Shown here: positions 52,801 through 64,000 of the stretch, piece after piece
How the letters are laid out: each line of letters opens with the position of its first letter
How positions within the stretch are numbered: the stretch's first letter is position 1
Assembly: GCA_963714685.1 (NCBI GenBank)
Contig: CAVQPH010000015.1
Span: 46,513 to 110,512, forward strand
Direction: 5' to 3'
DNA length: 64,000 nt
Source: Pirellulaceae bacterium
GTDB lineage: Bacteria > Planctomycetota > Planctomycetia > Pirellulales > Pirellulaceae
Notes under the pieces: model-generated
Databases searched by the model: none
What the model was told of the DNA's origin: nothing
What the model saw: only the letters and a program-made list of their open reading frames with translations
Program-made: the position numbers and the translations under genes

Positions 52801-55796
52801 TCACTCCCAATCCAGTGGTGTTTGCCAAGCCTGCTTGAGCGCGGCAATCTCAATTTCAATGAGCTTGCGGTTGTCGCTATGGATGGTCAGTTGCGGTGTC
52901 GAGGTCACCTCTCCAATTCTGTAGCATTCAACACCCTGCATCGAAACTTCAAACGCGGATTGATTCTCCGGTGTCACCTCAACTACAAATCGGGAATTCG
53001 ATTCTGCAAAAAGTCGGACCAGGTTCGGCTGCTCAACCGAATCCTCCAGTCCAATGGAATCAAGGGTGAGGCTGGCTCCCAAGCCTCCGGCAAACGCCAT
53101 TTCAGAAACCGCGACGGCCAATCCACCTTCGCTCAGATCGTGGCAACTGCGAATCAAGCCCGCCGAAATGGACTCAAAGACTGCCTCGAACGTCAACTTG
53201 GCCCGCTTGGCATCCACCGTGGGCACGCGTCCTCCTGCGAGACCGTTGGCTAACAACCAATGGGAGCCCCCGAGGTGATTGCCCGTCGCACCGATTTGGT
53301 AGACCAAATTTCCAGCCGATTTGAAATCCATGGAAACACATTTGGCCACATCAGGAACCTGACCCATGGCACTGATCAGTAAAGTCGCGGGGATCGAAAT
53401 GGTCTGGCGATTCCCCGCGGCGTCCGTGTAGCTGAACTCGTTATGCAGGCTGTCTTTGCCGCTGATAAACGGCGTCTTGAAAACGATGGAAAAATCGTGA
53501 CAAGCGATTGCCGCCCGAACGAGGGATCCTAGCGTGCTCGGCCGATCGGTATGTCCCCAGCAGAAGTTGTCCAGGATCGCGATCCGATTCGGATCTGCCC
53601 CGACGGCAACACAATTCCGAATGGCCTCGTCGATCGAACTGGCGGCCATGTGGTAGGGGTCAAGGTCGCCGTAATAGGGGTTCATTCCGCAGGAAACGGC
53701 CACGCCGCGTCGGGAATTCAAAACCGGCCGTACCACGGCGGCATCTCCCGGGCCGTCGTTGTCGACACCGACCAGGGGTTTTAAAACGCTGCCCCCTTGA
53801 ACCTCGTGATCGTATTGACGAATCACCCAGTGCTTGCTGGCGACGTTCAGTGAACCGAGGATTTTGCAAAGATCATCGTTCCACTGTTGCGTCGTACGCG
53901 GTTGCGTATCCGTCTTGATCGGTTGCTCCCGAGGGGGTTCGAAGTCGGCTTGTCGAATCACCGGAGGCCTACCGTCGTGCATAAACTGCATTGAGATTTC
54001 GCCGACTTGCTGATCGCCGTATTTCAAAACAAGATTGCCGGTCGGTTTGAATTGCCCGATCACGGTTGCCTCGACCGATTCCGCAGCACAGAGGTCTCGA
54101 AAGGCTTCCCAGTTGGATTCAGGAATGGAAAACACCATGCGTTCCTGGGCTTCCGAGATCCAGATCTCGGTGTAGGACAGTCCTTCGTATTTGAGTGGCA
54201 CTTTTTCCAGCCAGACCTCGGCACCGATCTCTTCACCCATTTCGCCGACGGCACTTGAGTAGCCGCCAGCTCCGCAGTCGGTGACGGCACTATACAGATT
54301 CAGATCACGTGCCTTGAGCATCACGTCCATCAACATTTTTTCGGTGATCGCGTTGCCGATCTGGACCGCGCCGCCCGATGTAATGTCACTTTCCTCGGTC
54401 AATTCTGCCGAACTGAAGGTCGCGCCGTGGATCCCGTCCCGGCCGGTTTTGCCGCCGATCGAGACGATCAAATCGTGGGCCTGGGGCTGTTTGAAGGATT
54501 TGTCTTTCGGTAGCAGGCCGATATTCCCGCAGAACACCAATGGATTACCAACGTACCGCTCGTCAAAATAAACGGCGCCGTTAACGGTGGGAATCCCCAT
54601 TCGATTCCCGTAGTCACGCACGCCCGGATACAACGCCTTTCATGATCATCCGCGGGTGCATCACACCGGGAGGCAATTTGTCGTAGGGCGTCTCCGGTGG
54701 GGCAAAACAGAAGACGTCGGTATTGCAGATCGGCTTGGCTCCCAATCCAGTCCCCAGCGTATCGCGAATCACGCCGCCGATACCGGTATTCGCACCGCCG
54801 TAAGGCTCGAGTGCCGAGGGCCGATTGTGGGTTTCGACTTTGAAAGCAATGTTATGATCGTCGTCGAAACGGACGATGCCCGCGTTGTCCTTAAACACAC
54901 TGACACACCAGTCTTCCCCACCCAACTCTTCGCGAATTTGCATCGTCGCGGAGAAGATCGTTTCCTTCAGCATGTTTTCAAACTTGCGTTCGCCGTTTTC
55001 ATCACGGTACACAATGCGGCCGGCGAGCGTTTTGTGGCTGCAGTGTTCGCTCCAGGTTTGGGCGATGGTCTCGAGTTCGACGTCAGTTGGGTTGCGGCCC
55101 TGTGCTGCATAGTGGTCGCGAACCGTATGCATCTCCGTCAACGATAGGCTTAACTGCCACTGCTTGCTGATCTCCAGCAATTCGTCATCCGAACGGCCGT
55201 CAAGCACAACGTCCGCTCGTCGGAACTGGTAGGGATTGCCGAGATGGAGTTCATCCAATTCCAGACTGCCGTGCACAATCGTTTCGATCGAATCATTGCA
55301 CAGCACTTTCGTGCAAAGCAGATTCATCTGGTCAGCCGCAAGCTCGGAGACCCAGTATTTGCGAAACGTGCGAACCTCCTCGACGTCGATAGCCGAGTTG
55401 GCGGATCGCCATCCGAGCACTTTCGGCTTCCGGATCGGTGACCCCCGGCAGCGGCAATACATAAACCAGCTGCATTCTATCGCCAGGCGCCTGCGACAGT
55501 AACGAATCGCCGACGGCTGCCAGCAACGCCGTTTCGACCACCGGTTCAACCAGCAAATCGTGGGCGATTTTTTCGGCGTCGGGCTCGGCGATAGACCCCT
55601 GCAGCAGGAATCCCCTCGCAGCGATGACCCGCAGGCTTGAGGGCAACTGCAAATCCAAAGCGTTGGAGAGAATCTCGTTCGCAATACGATTGGGCTGGCC
55701 GTCGACTGGAAGGATGTCGATCTGCCAAAGATGATGATTGCGATTGGTTTGGGAATCGGTCTTCGAAGAGGTCGAAGGAATCGTGCTGTTAGCCAC
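52801..55796 (-). CDS. purL: Phosphoribosylformylglycinamidine synthase PurL with N-terminal PurS-like domains; frameshifts near 55390 and 54620
   Basis: [67 protein letters not shown]. The N-terminus has LLVEPVVE and PGVTDP PurS-like motifs. Confidence 0.95.
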
Positions 55797-55932
55797 CGTC
55801 TCAATCCGTTAGAGAAATTGGAGTTTCAATTTCTCTTATTTTATCGCCGCTCAAACGGAGCGACAGGGGTTGGAACGAGACGGGGCGTCAGCAAACATCC
55901 AGTTTTCGGTCGTTGATCAACGTGATCGAGCA

Positions 55933-56967
55933 TCAATAACGGAAGATCATGTCGACGGTCAGGCGGTTGTCAATGATATCGCGTCGCTCGGTCATTGGGA
56001 ATTCGAATGCAACGCCGATTTCGTTGTTGCCACGTGGCTTGAATTTCATGCCAGCGGCACCCGTGACAATATCGTTACCCGTCACATTGGGTGATCCGAG
56101 GTTGATCACGTCCAGGCCTTCGATTCCGGGAATTGGGCCGTCCTGGCCGGATTTGGTCCAGTGATAAAGGTTCATTTCGGTGAACAGGTAAATGCCGCGA
56201 CGTACCATGGTGTCGAAGTGGTTAGACAAATACCAGCTTTGAGATTCGTCGGTGGTGTTCATTGGCAGGCGAAGGCCAGTCGCGCAGATCCAGTGACTGT
56301 TGCAACCAACTTTGCGGCCGCCGGTCATGAACAGGTTGAGTTCTCCATCGCCATTGCCCTGAAGGGCAGACGCTTCGCCGGTTGGCAGTTCGAAGGTGAA
56401 TCCGCCGCTGAGCAGTCGCTGTGCTTCCACGTTTCGCAACAAATTGAATTTCAAGCCAACCGCGAGGTCTGCCCAACCGTCGTCCACCAACGGATTGTTC
56501 GAGGTCACATAGCCATCTTTGGTCGCGATCAAGGAGACGTTTTCGCTCAACCGGGCTCGTAACTGCAACGCATACAATTGCACATTCCCACCACCCGCTG
56601 CGAGCGGAACTTTGTGGTTGAAGAAGATGGCGCGTGCTTCGGTCAGTGCCCGAGGGTCTTCGAAGAAGATCGGATTGGTCATCGGGCTGATGAAATCGTC
56701 GAAAGCGTGGTCGCTCTTTTTGATGAACCCACGCCCGAACAACCCGTTGCCAAGATCACAATCCGACGCGCAGTTGTCAGCACATCCGTCGAAGTAGGAC
56801 GAGCTGCCGGGTTGAACGATGGCAGGCATGGCAGCGTTGGGATGGGTGCTGTTTGCCGTTTGCGGATTGGCGTTTTGGACCAACGGCGATTGGGCTGCTG
56901 AAACACTGACCAAAAAGGGACAGGCCAAGGCGACCAGCAAGACGATTTGAAGTTTGGTAACGGACAT
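55933..56967 (-). CDS. Planctomycete putative outer-membrane beta-barrel protein
   Basis: Signal peptide, FISPMTNPIFFEDPR, amphipathic strands, terminal IFRY. Confidence 0.75.
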   Translation of the reverse strand: MSVTKLQIVLLVALACPFLVSVSAAQSPLVQNANPQTANSTHPNAAMPAIVQPGSSSYFDGCADNCASDCDLGNGLFGRGFIKKSDHAFDDFISPMTNPIFFEDPRALTEARAIFFNHKVPLAAGGGNVQLYALQLRARLSENVSLIATKDGYVTSNNPLVDDGWADLAVGLKFNLLRNVEAQRLLSGGFTFELPTGEASALQGNGDGELNLFMTGGRKVGCNSHWICATGLRLPMNTTDESQSWYLSNHFDTMVRRGIYLFTEMNLYHWTKSGQDGPIPGIEGLDVINLGSPNVTGNDIVTGAAGMKFKPRGNNEIGVAFEFPMTERRDIIDNRLTVDMIFRY

Positions 56968-57305
56968 ACGGCGCTTTCTGACAAAAACGAGTGTTTGGGT
57001 CTTAACAGTTGGGGATGTCTGTGTTCATCGGATTATCCAGCTCAACTCTGTTATTTCGCCTGCTTGGGATGAACAGTTTTCGGAATTCACCGATTCGTTC
57101 GATTGCGCAGAAAAGCCCTAACCGTCAGACCTTAACAGGCGATCTTCCTGGTACCGGACTGGATTTGTTGGCGTGGGCGAGTCAATACGAGATGGACGTC
57201 CAAAATTGCTAACATCCGATGGTCGAATGACCAACGCGCCTTGGGGATGCCAGCATTCGGCGGTAAGGCTGGAATTGCGAATTGCCCAACGAAGTTGTGT
57301 TGCGA

Positions 57306-57749
57306 TTAGTCGCCGGCTTCCAAGATCCGTTTCAAATTCAGCAACTCGTTTTCCTGGGCCTTGCAACCTGCTTTCCTCATGAACCAGCCAAACAACGCAA
57401 ACATGACCTTCGTGAAACCCTTGCCGTGCACTTCGGAGTTTTGAGTTAATTTGGTCTTGGCACCCAGATCTTCAAACAAATACTCCACGTCGATGTCGAA
57501 ATACTGGCCCGTTAATCGACATGCCGTTAGCCGGGGACGATCATGGCGCGTGACCAATCCATGAAATTCCATGCGGCGGCCGTTTTCCTCCGTGACACAG
57601 CGGAACGTCGTTCCGACACCACCATCATTTTTGCTTTCGAGGATCGTGTCTTCGATGACCGTAAGGCTCCATTGCGCTACATTACCGTTGGTGAAGTCAA
57701 AGACTTCTTCGATTGGTCGGTAGATTTCGACACTGGTTGAGGTCTTCAT
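57306..57749 (-). CDS. SRPBCC (polyketide cyclase/START-like) family protein
   Basis: SVEIYRPIEEVFDF...W...GVGTTF...LLNLKRILE. Confidence 0.85.
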   Translation of the reverse strand: MKTSTSVEIYRPIEEVFDFTNGNVAQWSLTVIEDTILESKNDGGVGTTFRCVTEENGRRMEFHGLVTRHDRPRLTACRLTGQYFDIDVEYLFEDLGAKTKLTQNSEVHGKGFTKVMFALFGWFMRKAGCKAQENELLNLKRILEAGD

Positions 57750-57967
57750 TTTTGTCTCGAATATGGGCACGCGGATACACTACAATTAGATTGGTCTTGC
57801 GCAGCAAATTCAAGCAAGTGGTTTCATTTTGGCGGGGGAGTGTCGCAGGATTAACTGCCAGCCTGTCAAATCATCGGATGACAAACTGGATGCCTTGTCC
57901 GACGAAACAGCAGGCGCTGGCTGCCCATCCTTCCGCGGTCCCAATTCTCGAACAGACAAGTAATTCA

Positions 57968-59602
57968 ATGATCAGGCAAACCACGATGGCCACATCCATA
58001 AAAGCCTCCTTGATCGTGATGTTGACTCTATTATGCGGCCTGAACACGACCGTAGCCCACGCCCAGCGTGATTTTAAGCTCTCACTTCGCCATCGTATTG
58101 AGATCGAAAGTGACGGTGGACATTTTCACGCGATCGAGCGGTCGGAGACTTGGCCGGCTGATCAAACGGCGATTATCGTCTGCGACATGTGGGACCTTCA
58201 TCATTGCCACAACGCCTTCGTTCGCGTCGGTCAACTGGCGCCACGCATGAATGAGGTGCTGAAGTTCGCTCGCGATCAAGGCGCCACGATTGTCCACGCC
58301 CCCAGTAGTTGCATGGATTTTTACGCAGATCACCCCGCCAGAAAACGAGCCCAGTCGGTTGCGTTGGCAGCCAGTGTTCCAGAGGGAATCGAACAGTGGT
58401 GCAATCAAATTCCCGCCGAAGAGCGAGGCAAATATCCGATCGACCAATCCGATGGTGGCGAAGACGATGATCCGGAGATCCATAAAAAATGGGCGGAAGA
58501 GTTGACTGCCAAAGGACTGAACCCGCGAGCCCCCTGGACTCGGCAAACCAGCGACCTCACGATTGATGAGCAAGTCGACTACATCAGCGACAGCGGGCCG
58601 CAAATTTGGAGCATTCTGGAAAAACACCAGATTCAAAACGTGATCCTGGTCGGCGTACACACCAACATGTGTGTCCTTGGAAGACCCTTCGGCCTGCGAC
58701 AAATGGCCAAGAACGGCAAAAACGTGGTCTTGATGAGAGACATGACGGACACGATGTACAACCCGGCGGCCTGGCCTTACGTCAGCCATTTCTCCGGGAC
58801 CGATTTGATTGTTGAACACATTGAGAAATTTGTATGCCCCACGATCACCAGTGATCAGTTGATCGGCGGGTTGGCATTCCGGTTTCCCGGTGACGACCGA
58901 AAACACGTGGCGATCGTGATTGCCGAGGACGAATACGAAACCGAGACGACCTTACCGGCTTGGGCGAGCGAACACCTGCAAAAGGATTTTCGTATCACTT
59001 TGATCTTCGGCAGCAAAACCGAACGAAACGATTTGCCTGGTCTGTCGGCGATTGCCGAGGCCGACCTGTTGATGTTGAGTGTTCGCCGGCGCACGCTGCC
59101 GCCGGAACAACTGCAGCAAATTCGGGATTTTGAAGCCTCCGCAAAACCGATGATCGGCATTCGTACCGCCAGTCACGCGTTTTGTTTGCGTCAAGACAAT
59201 CCATCGGAAGGTTTGGCGGATTGGCCGGAATTCGACGCAGAAGTTTGGGGCGGGAGTTATTCTGGGCACACTAAGAATGGCGTCCAGTACTCGCTCGCTT
59301 CCGTTGCGTCGATGGCGGAACATCCAGTGCTCGCAGGCGTCGATCTGGTGTCACTCAAAGGCCACAAGTCGTTGTACAATGTCAGCCCTTTAATGACGTC
59401 GACGCAGCCGCTGATTGACGGGACGCTCGATAGCGAGGCGGACGTCCGTGAGCCGGTCGCCTGGTTGAACACGCGAAAAAACGGAGGCCGTTCATTTTAC
59501 ACCTCTCTGGGCCACGTCGAAGACTTTAAGCAACTCGCCTTTCAACGGCTGTTAGCCAATAGCGTCCGATTTCTGATTGAACAGACAGCCCACGCCAAGT
59601 AA
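57968..59602 (+). CDS. Secreted isochorismatase/cysteine hydrolase fused to a ThuA-like domain
   Basis: TAIIVCDMWD, GVHTNMCVLGR, RDMTD; C-terminal IAEDEY, GIRTASHAF, EPVAW, RSFYTSLGH. Confidence 0.85.
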   Translation: MIRQTTMATSIKASLIVMLTLLCGLNTTVAHAQRDFKLSLRHRIEIESDGGHFHAIERSETWPADQTAIIVCDMWDLHHCHNAFVRVGQLAPRMNEVLKFARDQGATIVHAPSSCMDFYADHPARKRAQSVALAASVPEGIEQWCNQIPAEERGKYPIDQSDGGEDDDPEIHKKWAEELTAKGLNPRAPWTRQTSDLTIDEQVDYISDSGPQIWSILEKHQIQNVILVGVHTNMCVLGRPFGLRQMAKNGKNVVLMRDMTDTMYNPAAWPYVSHFSGTDLIVEHIEKFVCPTITSDQLIGGLAFRFPGDDRKHVAIVIAEDEYETETTLPAWASEHLQKDFRITLIFGSKTERNDLPGLSAIAEADLLMLSVRRRTLPPEQLQQIRDFEASAKPMIGIRTASHAFCLRQDNPSEGLADWPEFDAEVWGGSYSGHTKNGVQYSLASVASMAEHPVLAGVDLVSLKGHKSLYNVSPLMTSTQPLIDGTLDSEADVREPVAWLNTRKNGGRSFYTSLGHVEDFKQLAFQRLLANSVRFLIEQTAHAK

Positions 59603-59613
59603 ATCCTGGTTGA

Positions 59614-60669
59614 ATAATTATTACGTTTCCACGACAACATGATTCTCGGGTCGGTCCCTACCTGCATCTGGTTTACTTTGCGATCGCATATGGTCTGGTC
59701 GTATTTCTCAGTGTCAGTAGTTTGAGTCAAAGAGTTGATGCAGCGCCCGTTTTAGGAATCCTGTTAACGTGTTCGCTGGGTTCGACGATTGTGTTGGTCG
59801 CGAGCTGGTCGGCTTGGGGGACGGGCAGCTACCTGCGACGGTTATTGGTTTCCCATCTGATTGGCGCCATCGTCGGTTTTGCTTTGTTGTTGGCAATTTT
59901 GATTCAGGAGTCGCAGGTTTTTGAAGATTGGAAGTCCGTTTTGGTCTTGCTGATTTCCATTGCACCGGCGTCGTTGGCCGTCCAATCACCATTTTTGTTG
60001 TTTCGGATCTGTTTTGGTTGGCAATATGTTTTGGGTGATGGTCCGCCCAGCCAACCCTATTCGCTCAAGGACATTTTTACGTTTACCTTTTTGGTGGCGG
60101 CCAGTTTTGCAGCACCTCAAATTGCCTGGGAGGCCAGCCGCGAGGCGTTGGAAGCGAGCGTAACGGATACTTATGAGCTGACCGAGGTGAACAAGGACGG
60201 GACGCTTGCCGCCTCGGATTCGGCTTCACGCAATGGTTTGGCGGAGAGTAGGTTGAACAGACAGGTTATGCGTTCGGCGACCTTTGGCAGCTATTTGTCT
60301 TTTGCGATCGCATTTGCGGTTGGATCACTATTGAATTTTCCGATTGTGTTGCTGATGTTTACCCCCAAAAGTGAGGCGACGGGCTGTTACGCGGTGGCTT
60401 TTTACGTGTTCGGACTGGCGTTCCTGTTGATTTGTTTGATTGGCATCCTGAGTGGATCCGATCCTGCCATGATTGAAAGCATCTTTTACATCCTGTTTAC
60501 CAGTGGACTGTTCGGTGGCGCTGTTGCGATCCCGCTTTCGGTTTCTCGTTACACTGGTTTCCGATTGGTTTCGTATCGACGGCACCGAAGTCAATTAACG
60601 CGAGGAAAAATCGTCGCCAATTCTTCAACAGCCATGGCTCGACCGATTGACCCACTTGGGGACGAATAA
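59614..60669 (+). CDS. Polytopic membrane protein (paralogue A); start uncertain
   Basis: The frame is open from 59614 and encodes HLVYFAIAYGL, homologous to HLVFLVIGYGL in paralogue B. Also WSAWGTGSYLRRL and YSLKDIF. Confidence 0.65.
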   Translation: MIITFPRQHDSRVGPYLHLVYFAIAYGLVVFLSVSSLSQRVDAAPVLGILLTCSLGSTIVLVASWSAWGTGSYLRRLLVSHLIGAIVGFALLLAILIQESQVFEDWKSVLVLLISIAPASLAVQSPFLLFRICFGWQYVLGDGPPSQPYSLKDIFTFTFLVAASFAAPQIAWEASREALEASVTDTYELTEVNKDGTLAASDSASRNGLAESRLNRQVMRSATFGSYLSFAIAFAVGSLLNFPIVLLMFTPKSEATGCYAVAFYVFGLAFLLICLIGILSGSDPAMIESIFYILFTSGLFGGAVAIPLSVSRYTGFRLVSYRRHRSQLTRGKIVANSSTAMARPIDPLGDE

Positions 60670-60681
60670 TTTTTTTTAAGG

Positions 60682-61713
60682 ATGAACGGTGAATCAAGCA
60701 TGGTGACCCATGAATCAAAATTGAATTCAGCTTCGTCGCCTGCCGATCAACGACACTTCCCCCACCTGGTGTTTCTCGTCATCGGCTATGGGTTGATAGC
60801 ATTCATCGCTGTGGGCAGTTTGGACGTGAGTGCATTGGAAACGCGGATTCCGCTGATCTACGCCGTGGCAGTGGCGACGGTGATTGAGGTCGCGATCTGG
60901 TCGGCTTTAGGTCCTGGAACTTACCTCCAACGCCTGTGCTATGCTCATCTGGTCGGGTTGATCGTTGCAGCGGGCTTTGGATTTGGCTATCTCGCTGCCA
61001 ATCTAAGTATGGCAACGACCCATTCGGCGACGACGATCGCGAGCGTCTCATTGACCATGCTGGTTTCCCTGCCGCTGTTAACAATGGTGGCGCAGATTCC
61101 ATTTTGGATCTTGCGCGCGGTGTTCGGAATACAACTGGTTCACCGATCGCAGCGCCCCGGACCCACGATCAGTTTGCGTGATATGTTTGTGATCACGTGT
61201 GCGTTTGCATTGGCGATCTCCGGGCTACAGTTGGCGATGGCTTTGTCCAAGTCGAATTTGCGGGAACAACTCGGGCATATCACTAGTTATGCAGTGCCCC
61301 AGGCAGATGGCTCGTATGATTGGCAGGACATGCCCATCGAAGACGCGGTTGCGCGTGCCAAAGCGGAACGCGAGTTCATGTCGATTTCACAGTCGGCCAA
61401 TTTGCGGGAGCATCTCGGAATGGCGATGGTTGTTCTGGTGGTCAGCTGCGGATGCGTTCCCATCTTGATTCTTTTCTTTGGGTCGAAACAGATCGCAACA
61501 GGCTGTCTTTGGACCACAGTCTATTCGGTTGGTGTTATTCTAGTGGTAATTCTTGCCTATCGGGTTGGTACCGGGGCGCTTCCAAGACAAGTGGCCATGA
61601 TCGTGGGACAATCGATGGGTTTGACCGCGCTTGGGGTCTCCATCCCATTGGTTGTTTCGCGAAGTCAAGGATTCCGATTGACATCACGGCGGCAATTTGA
61701 TGCTGTGTTGTGA
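60682..61713 (+). CDS. Polytopic membrane protein (paralogue B)
   Basis: About 8 hydrophobic helices; WSALGPGTYLQRL, ISLRDMF, SRSQGFRL. Confidence 0.7.
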   Translation: MNGESSMVTHESKLNSASSPADQRHFPHLVFLVIGYGLIAFIAVGSLDVSALETRIPLIYAVAVATVIEVAIWSALGPGTYLQRLCYAHLVGLIVAAGFGFGYLAANLSMATTHSATTIASVSLTMLVSLPLLTMVAQIPFWILRAVFGIQLVHRSQRPGPTISLRDMFVITCAFALAISGLQLAMALSKSNLREQLGHITSYAVPQADGSYDWQDMPIEDAVARAKAEREFMSISQSANLREHLGMAMVVLVVSCGCVPILILFFGSKQIATGCLWTTVYSVGVILVVILAYRVGTGALPRQVAMIVGQSMGLTALGVSIPLVVSRSQGFRLTSRRQFDAVL

Positions 61714-61732
61714 CCAGATAAAGGAAACCAAT

Positions 61733-64000
61733 ATGCATTCGAAATTAACCATCCAATTGGTAATTACCGTGCTGCTCGCGCTGGTAAATCTGGTTCATGG
61801 ACAAGAAAAACCCGAGCCGGTAAAACCCGAGGCGAAATCCCCGCAGGATGCCGTGGGGGCGTTTCAGGTTTCCGCTGATCTGGAGGTTGAGCTGGTCTTA
61901 AGCGAGCCAAATATCACGCAACCAGTATTCTTCAATTTCGATGAACGTGGCCGAATGTGGGTCATGAATTATCGACAGTACCCCTACCCTGCCGGGTTGA
62001 AAATGGTCAGTCGCGATCGATTTTGGCGGGTGGTTTACGACAAAGTTCCCGTCGCTCCGCCAAATCACGTCCGCGGCGCCGACCAGATCACGATCCATGA
62101 AGACACCGACGGCGACGGCGTATTTGATACCCAAAAAATATTCGTTGATGGACTCAATATCGCGACGTCGTTCGCCCGCGGACGCGGCGGAGTGTTCGTG
62201 TTGAACCCGCCTTACTTACTGTATTATCCCGACGTCGACCAAGACGATGTTCCCGATGGCGATCCGGAGGTGTTGTTGGAAGGATTCGGCATTCAGGATA
62301 CTCATTCCTGCGCCAACAGCCTGCGCTGGGGGCCCGACGGGTGGTTGTACGCCTGCCAGGGGAGCACCGTGACGGGCAATATTCGCAAACCGGGTGAAGA
62401 ACGAGTCATCCATTCACTGGGTCAACTGGTCTGGCGGTATCATCCCGAGCGACGGATTTATGAAATCTTCGCCGAAGGTGGCGGGAACGCGTTTGGATTG
62501 GAGTTCGACGCAAAAGGCCGGGTCTATTCGGGGCACAACGGCGGTGATACGCGCGGGTTTCACTATGTTCAGGGTGGATACTATCAAAAAGGATTTGCCA
62601 AGCACGGGCCGCTTTCCAATCCCTTTGCCTTCGGCTACTTTCCGATGATGAAGCACGAACAGGTCAGTCGGTTTGTGCATAACTTTGTGATTTACCAGTC
62701 GGATCATTTGCCGGAAAAATACCACGGCAACTTGTTCGGTGTTGAACCGCTCCAGGGCCAGCTCGTGCGTTCGAAAATCTCTCCCGATGGTTCCTCTTTC
62801 AAAACGACTGACATCGAGCGACCGGTTCAGACCAAGGATGTTTGGTTCCGACCCGTCGACATCAAAACCGGCCCCGACGGCGCAATTTACTTTGCCGATT
62901 TTTATGAACCACTGATCAGTCACCGGGATCATTATGCCGGGAATATTGATAAATCAAACGGTCGAATCTACCGGCTGAAAGCCAAAGACAAAGCTTTGTC
63001 TGCACCAACGGATTTGTCTGAATTGACGTCCCGTCAGCTGGTCGAACGGTTGCGGTCACCCAATAAATGGCAACGACAAACGGTGCTGAGGTTGATTTAC
63101 GATCGGCGTGATCCAGCAATTTTGGATGAATTACGAGCCCTGTTGCTGGACGCCGATCCGCAAGTCGCCCTCGAAGCGCGTTGGGCGTTGCATGCCTACG
63201 TTGACCAAGTCAATGATTCCTTGTTGGGGCTCAACCATCCGGATCCACTGGTGCAGGCCTGGTCAATTCGGCTGTCGACCGAAGTGGTCGATTCGACGGT
63301 TGGGATGAACGATCAAAAGAAGGATCGACTGGTTGATACCCTGGCTCAGATTGGCAGAACGACCACGAACGCTCACGTTGCCAGCCAGTTGGCCAGCAGT
63401 GCAAAGCGGCTGCCACCGGCAGCCCGTTTGCCAGTCCTGTTCAGTCTGCTGGACCAGGCCGCAGCCGGTGATTTTGTCAGCGACATTCATATTCCCTTGC
63501 TGATCTGGTGGGCGTTGGAGGCCCAGTGCACCGAGGCGCCTGAGTTGTTGCTGGAGGCGTTGGCGGACAGTCCGGAGGTTTTTCAGACTGCGATGTTTCA
63601 GCAGCATATCACGGAGAAACTGATGCGGAGATTCGCCCAGTCGGGCAAGCGGGAAGACTTGAAATACTGTGCACGACTCTTGAATTTGCCGGTCAACGAT
63701 GCGACCCGGAAACAGCTGATTGCCGGATTCGAACAGGCTTTTCGCGGTCGGTCGGTTGCCAGGTTGCCAGACGAATTGACCGAGTCGCTGGGAAAATGGG
63801 GAGGCGGTTCTCTGGCTTTTCGCATGCGCCGTAAAGACCACGACGCGCTCTTGAAAGCTTACGAGGTCGTCGCCGACAAAAACGCGGATTTGCAAACGCG
63901 AATCGAGATTGTAGAAACGCTCGGCCAGATCAATGAGGAATCTTGCATCCCAATCCTTAAATCTGCAATCCAGCTGGAGTATCCCGGATTCCAGGCTGCC
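61733..64000 (+). CDS. PVC-type membrane-bound dehydrogenase/heme-binding CxxCH family protein (partial; runs off the window)
   Basis: Absent from the ORF track, presumably because no stop falls in the window. MHSKLTIQ signal; FDERGRMWV, EDTDGDG, NSLRWGPDGWLY, EGGGNAFG, FRPVDIKTGPDGAIYFAD, then HEAT-like helices. Confidence 0.88.
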   Translation, partial: MHSKLTIQLVITVLLALVNLVHGQEKPEPVKPEAKSPQDAVGAFQVSADLEVELVLSEPNITQPVFFNFDERGRMWVMNYRQYPYPAGLKMVSRDRFWRVVYDKVPVAPPNHVRGADQITIHEDTDGDGVFDTQKIFVDGLNIATSFARGRGGVFVLNPPYLLYYPDVDQDDVPDGDPEVLLEGFGIQDTHSCANSLRWGPDGWLYACQGSTVTGNIRKPGEERVIHSLGQLVWRYHPERRIYEIFAEGGGNAFGLEFDAKGRVYSGHNGGDTRGFHYVQGGYYQKGFAKHGPLSNPFAFGYFPMMKHEQVSRFVHNFVIYQSDHLPEKYHGNLFGVEPLQGQLVRSKISPDGSSFKTTDIERPVQTKDVWFRPVDIKTGPDGAIYFADFYEPLISHRDHYAGNIDKSNGRIYRLKAKDKALSAPTDLSELTSRQLVERLRSPNKWQRQTVLRLIYDRRDPAILDELRALLLDADPQVALEARWALHAYVDQVNDSLLGLNHPDPLVQAWSIRLSTEVVDSTVGMNDQKKDRLVDTLAQIGRTTTNAHVASQLASSAKRLPPAARLPVLFSLLDQAAAGDFVSDIHIPLLIWWALEAQCTEAPELLLEALADSPEVFQTAMFQQHITEKLMRRFAQSGKREDLKYCARLLNLPVNDATRKQLIAGFEQAFRGRSVARLPDELTESLGKWGGGSLAFRMRRKDHDALLKAYEVVADKNADLQTRIEIVETLGQINEESCIPILKSAIQLEYPGFQAA

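Noticed and set aside
54600-55400. Programmed frameshifting or a split purS/purL
   Set aside because: No slippery site is evident, and similar single-base indels occur throughout the window.

Overview
Chromosomal window from a planctomycete, probably Pirellulales (inferred from DUF1559 pairs, a DUF1549/DUF1553 cytochrome c with DUF1501, a sulfatase, a PVC-type dehydrogenase and PurS-fused PurL). It holds about 47 genes, mostly housekeeping or lineage-typical: glgP, rnc, class II DAHP synthase, udk, ppa, purL/purQ, MPG. Many genes carry single-base frameshifts that look like long-read assembly errors. Non-coding features missed by the ORF track: a 6S-RNA-like 176-nt rod (47029-47204); a 1.44-kb MITE-like element with terminal inverted repeats, a TAA target duplication and an internal 385/386-bp tandem array (38821-40256); a short sister element (32332-32513); a tandem GTAG-REP doublet array next to a stand-alone WYL gene; and a REP with 17-bp tandem repeats between purL and purQ. 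The most interesting proteins are an orphan SenB-like selenosugar synthase, a two-domain arrestin-like protein coupled to a beta-propeller gene, a Flp-pilin-like protein with a second C-terminal anchor, a protein with three MFP-like hairpin tips, and a STAS-Sel1 fusion. No tRNA, rRNA, CRISPR array, transposase or prophage was recognised. All family calls come from motif recognition by eye, not from database searches.
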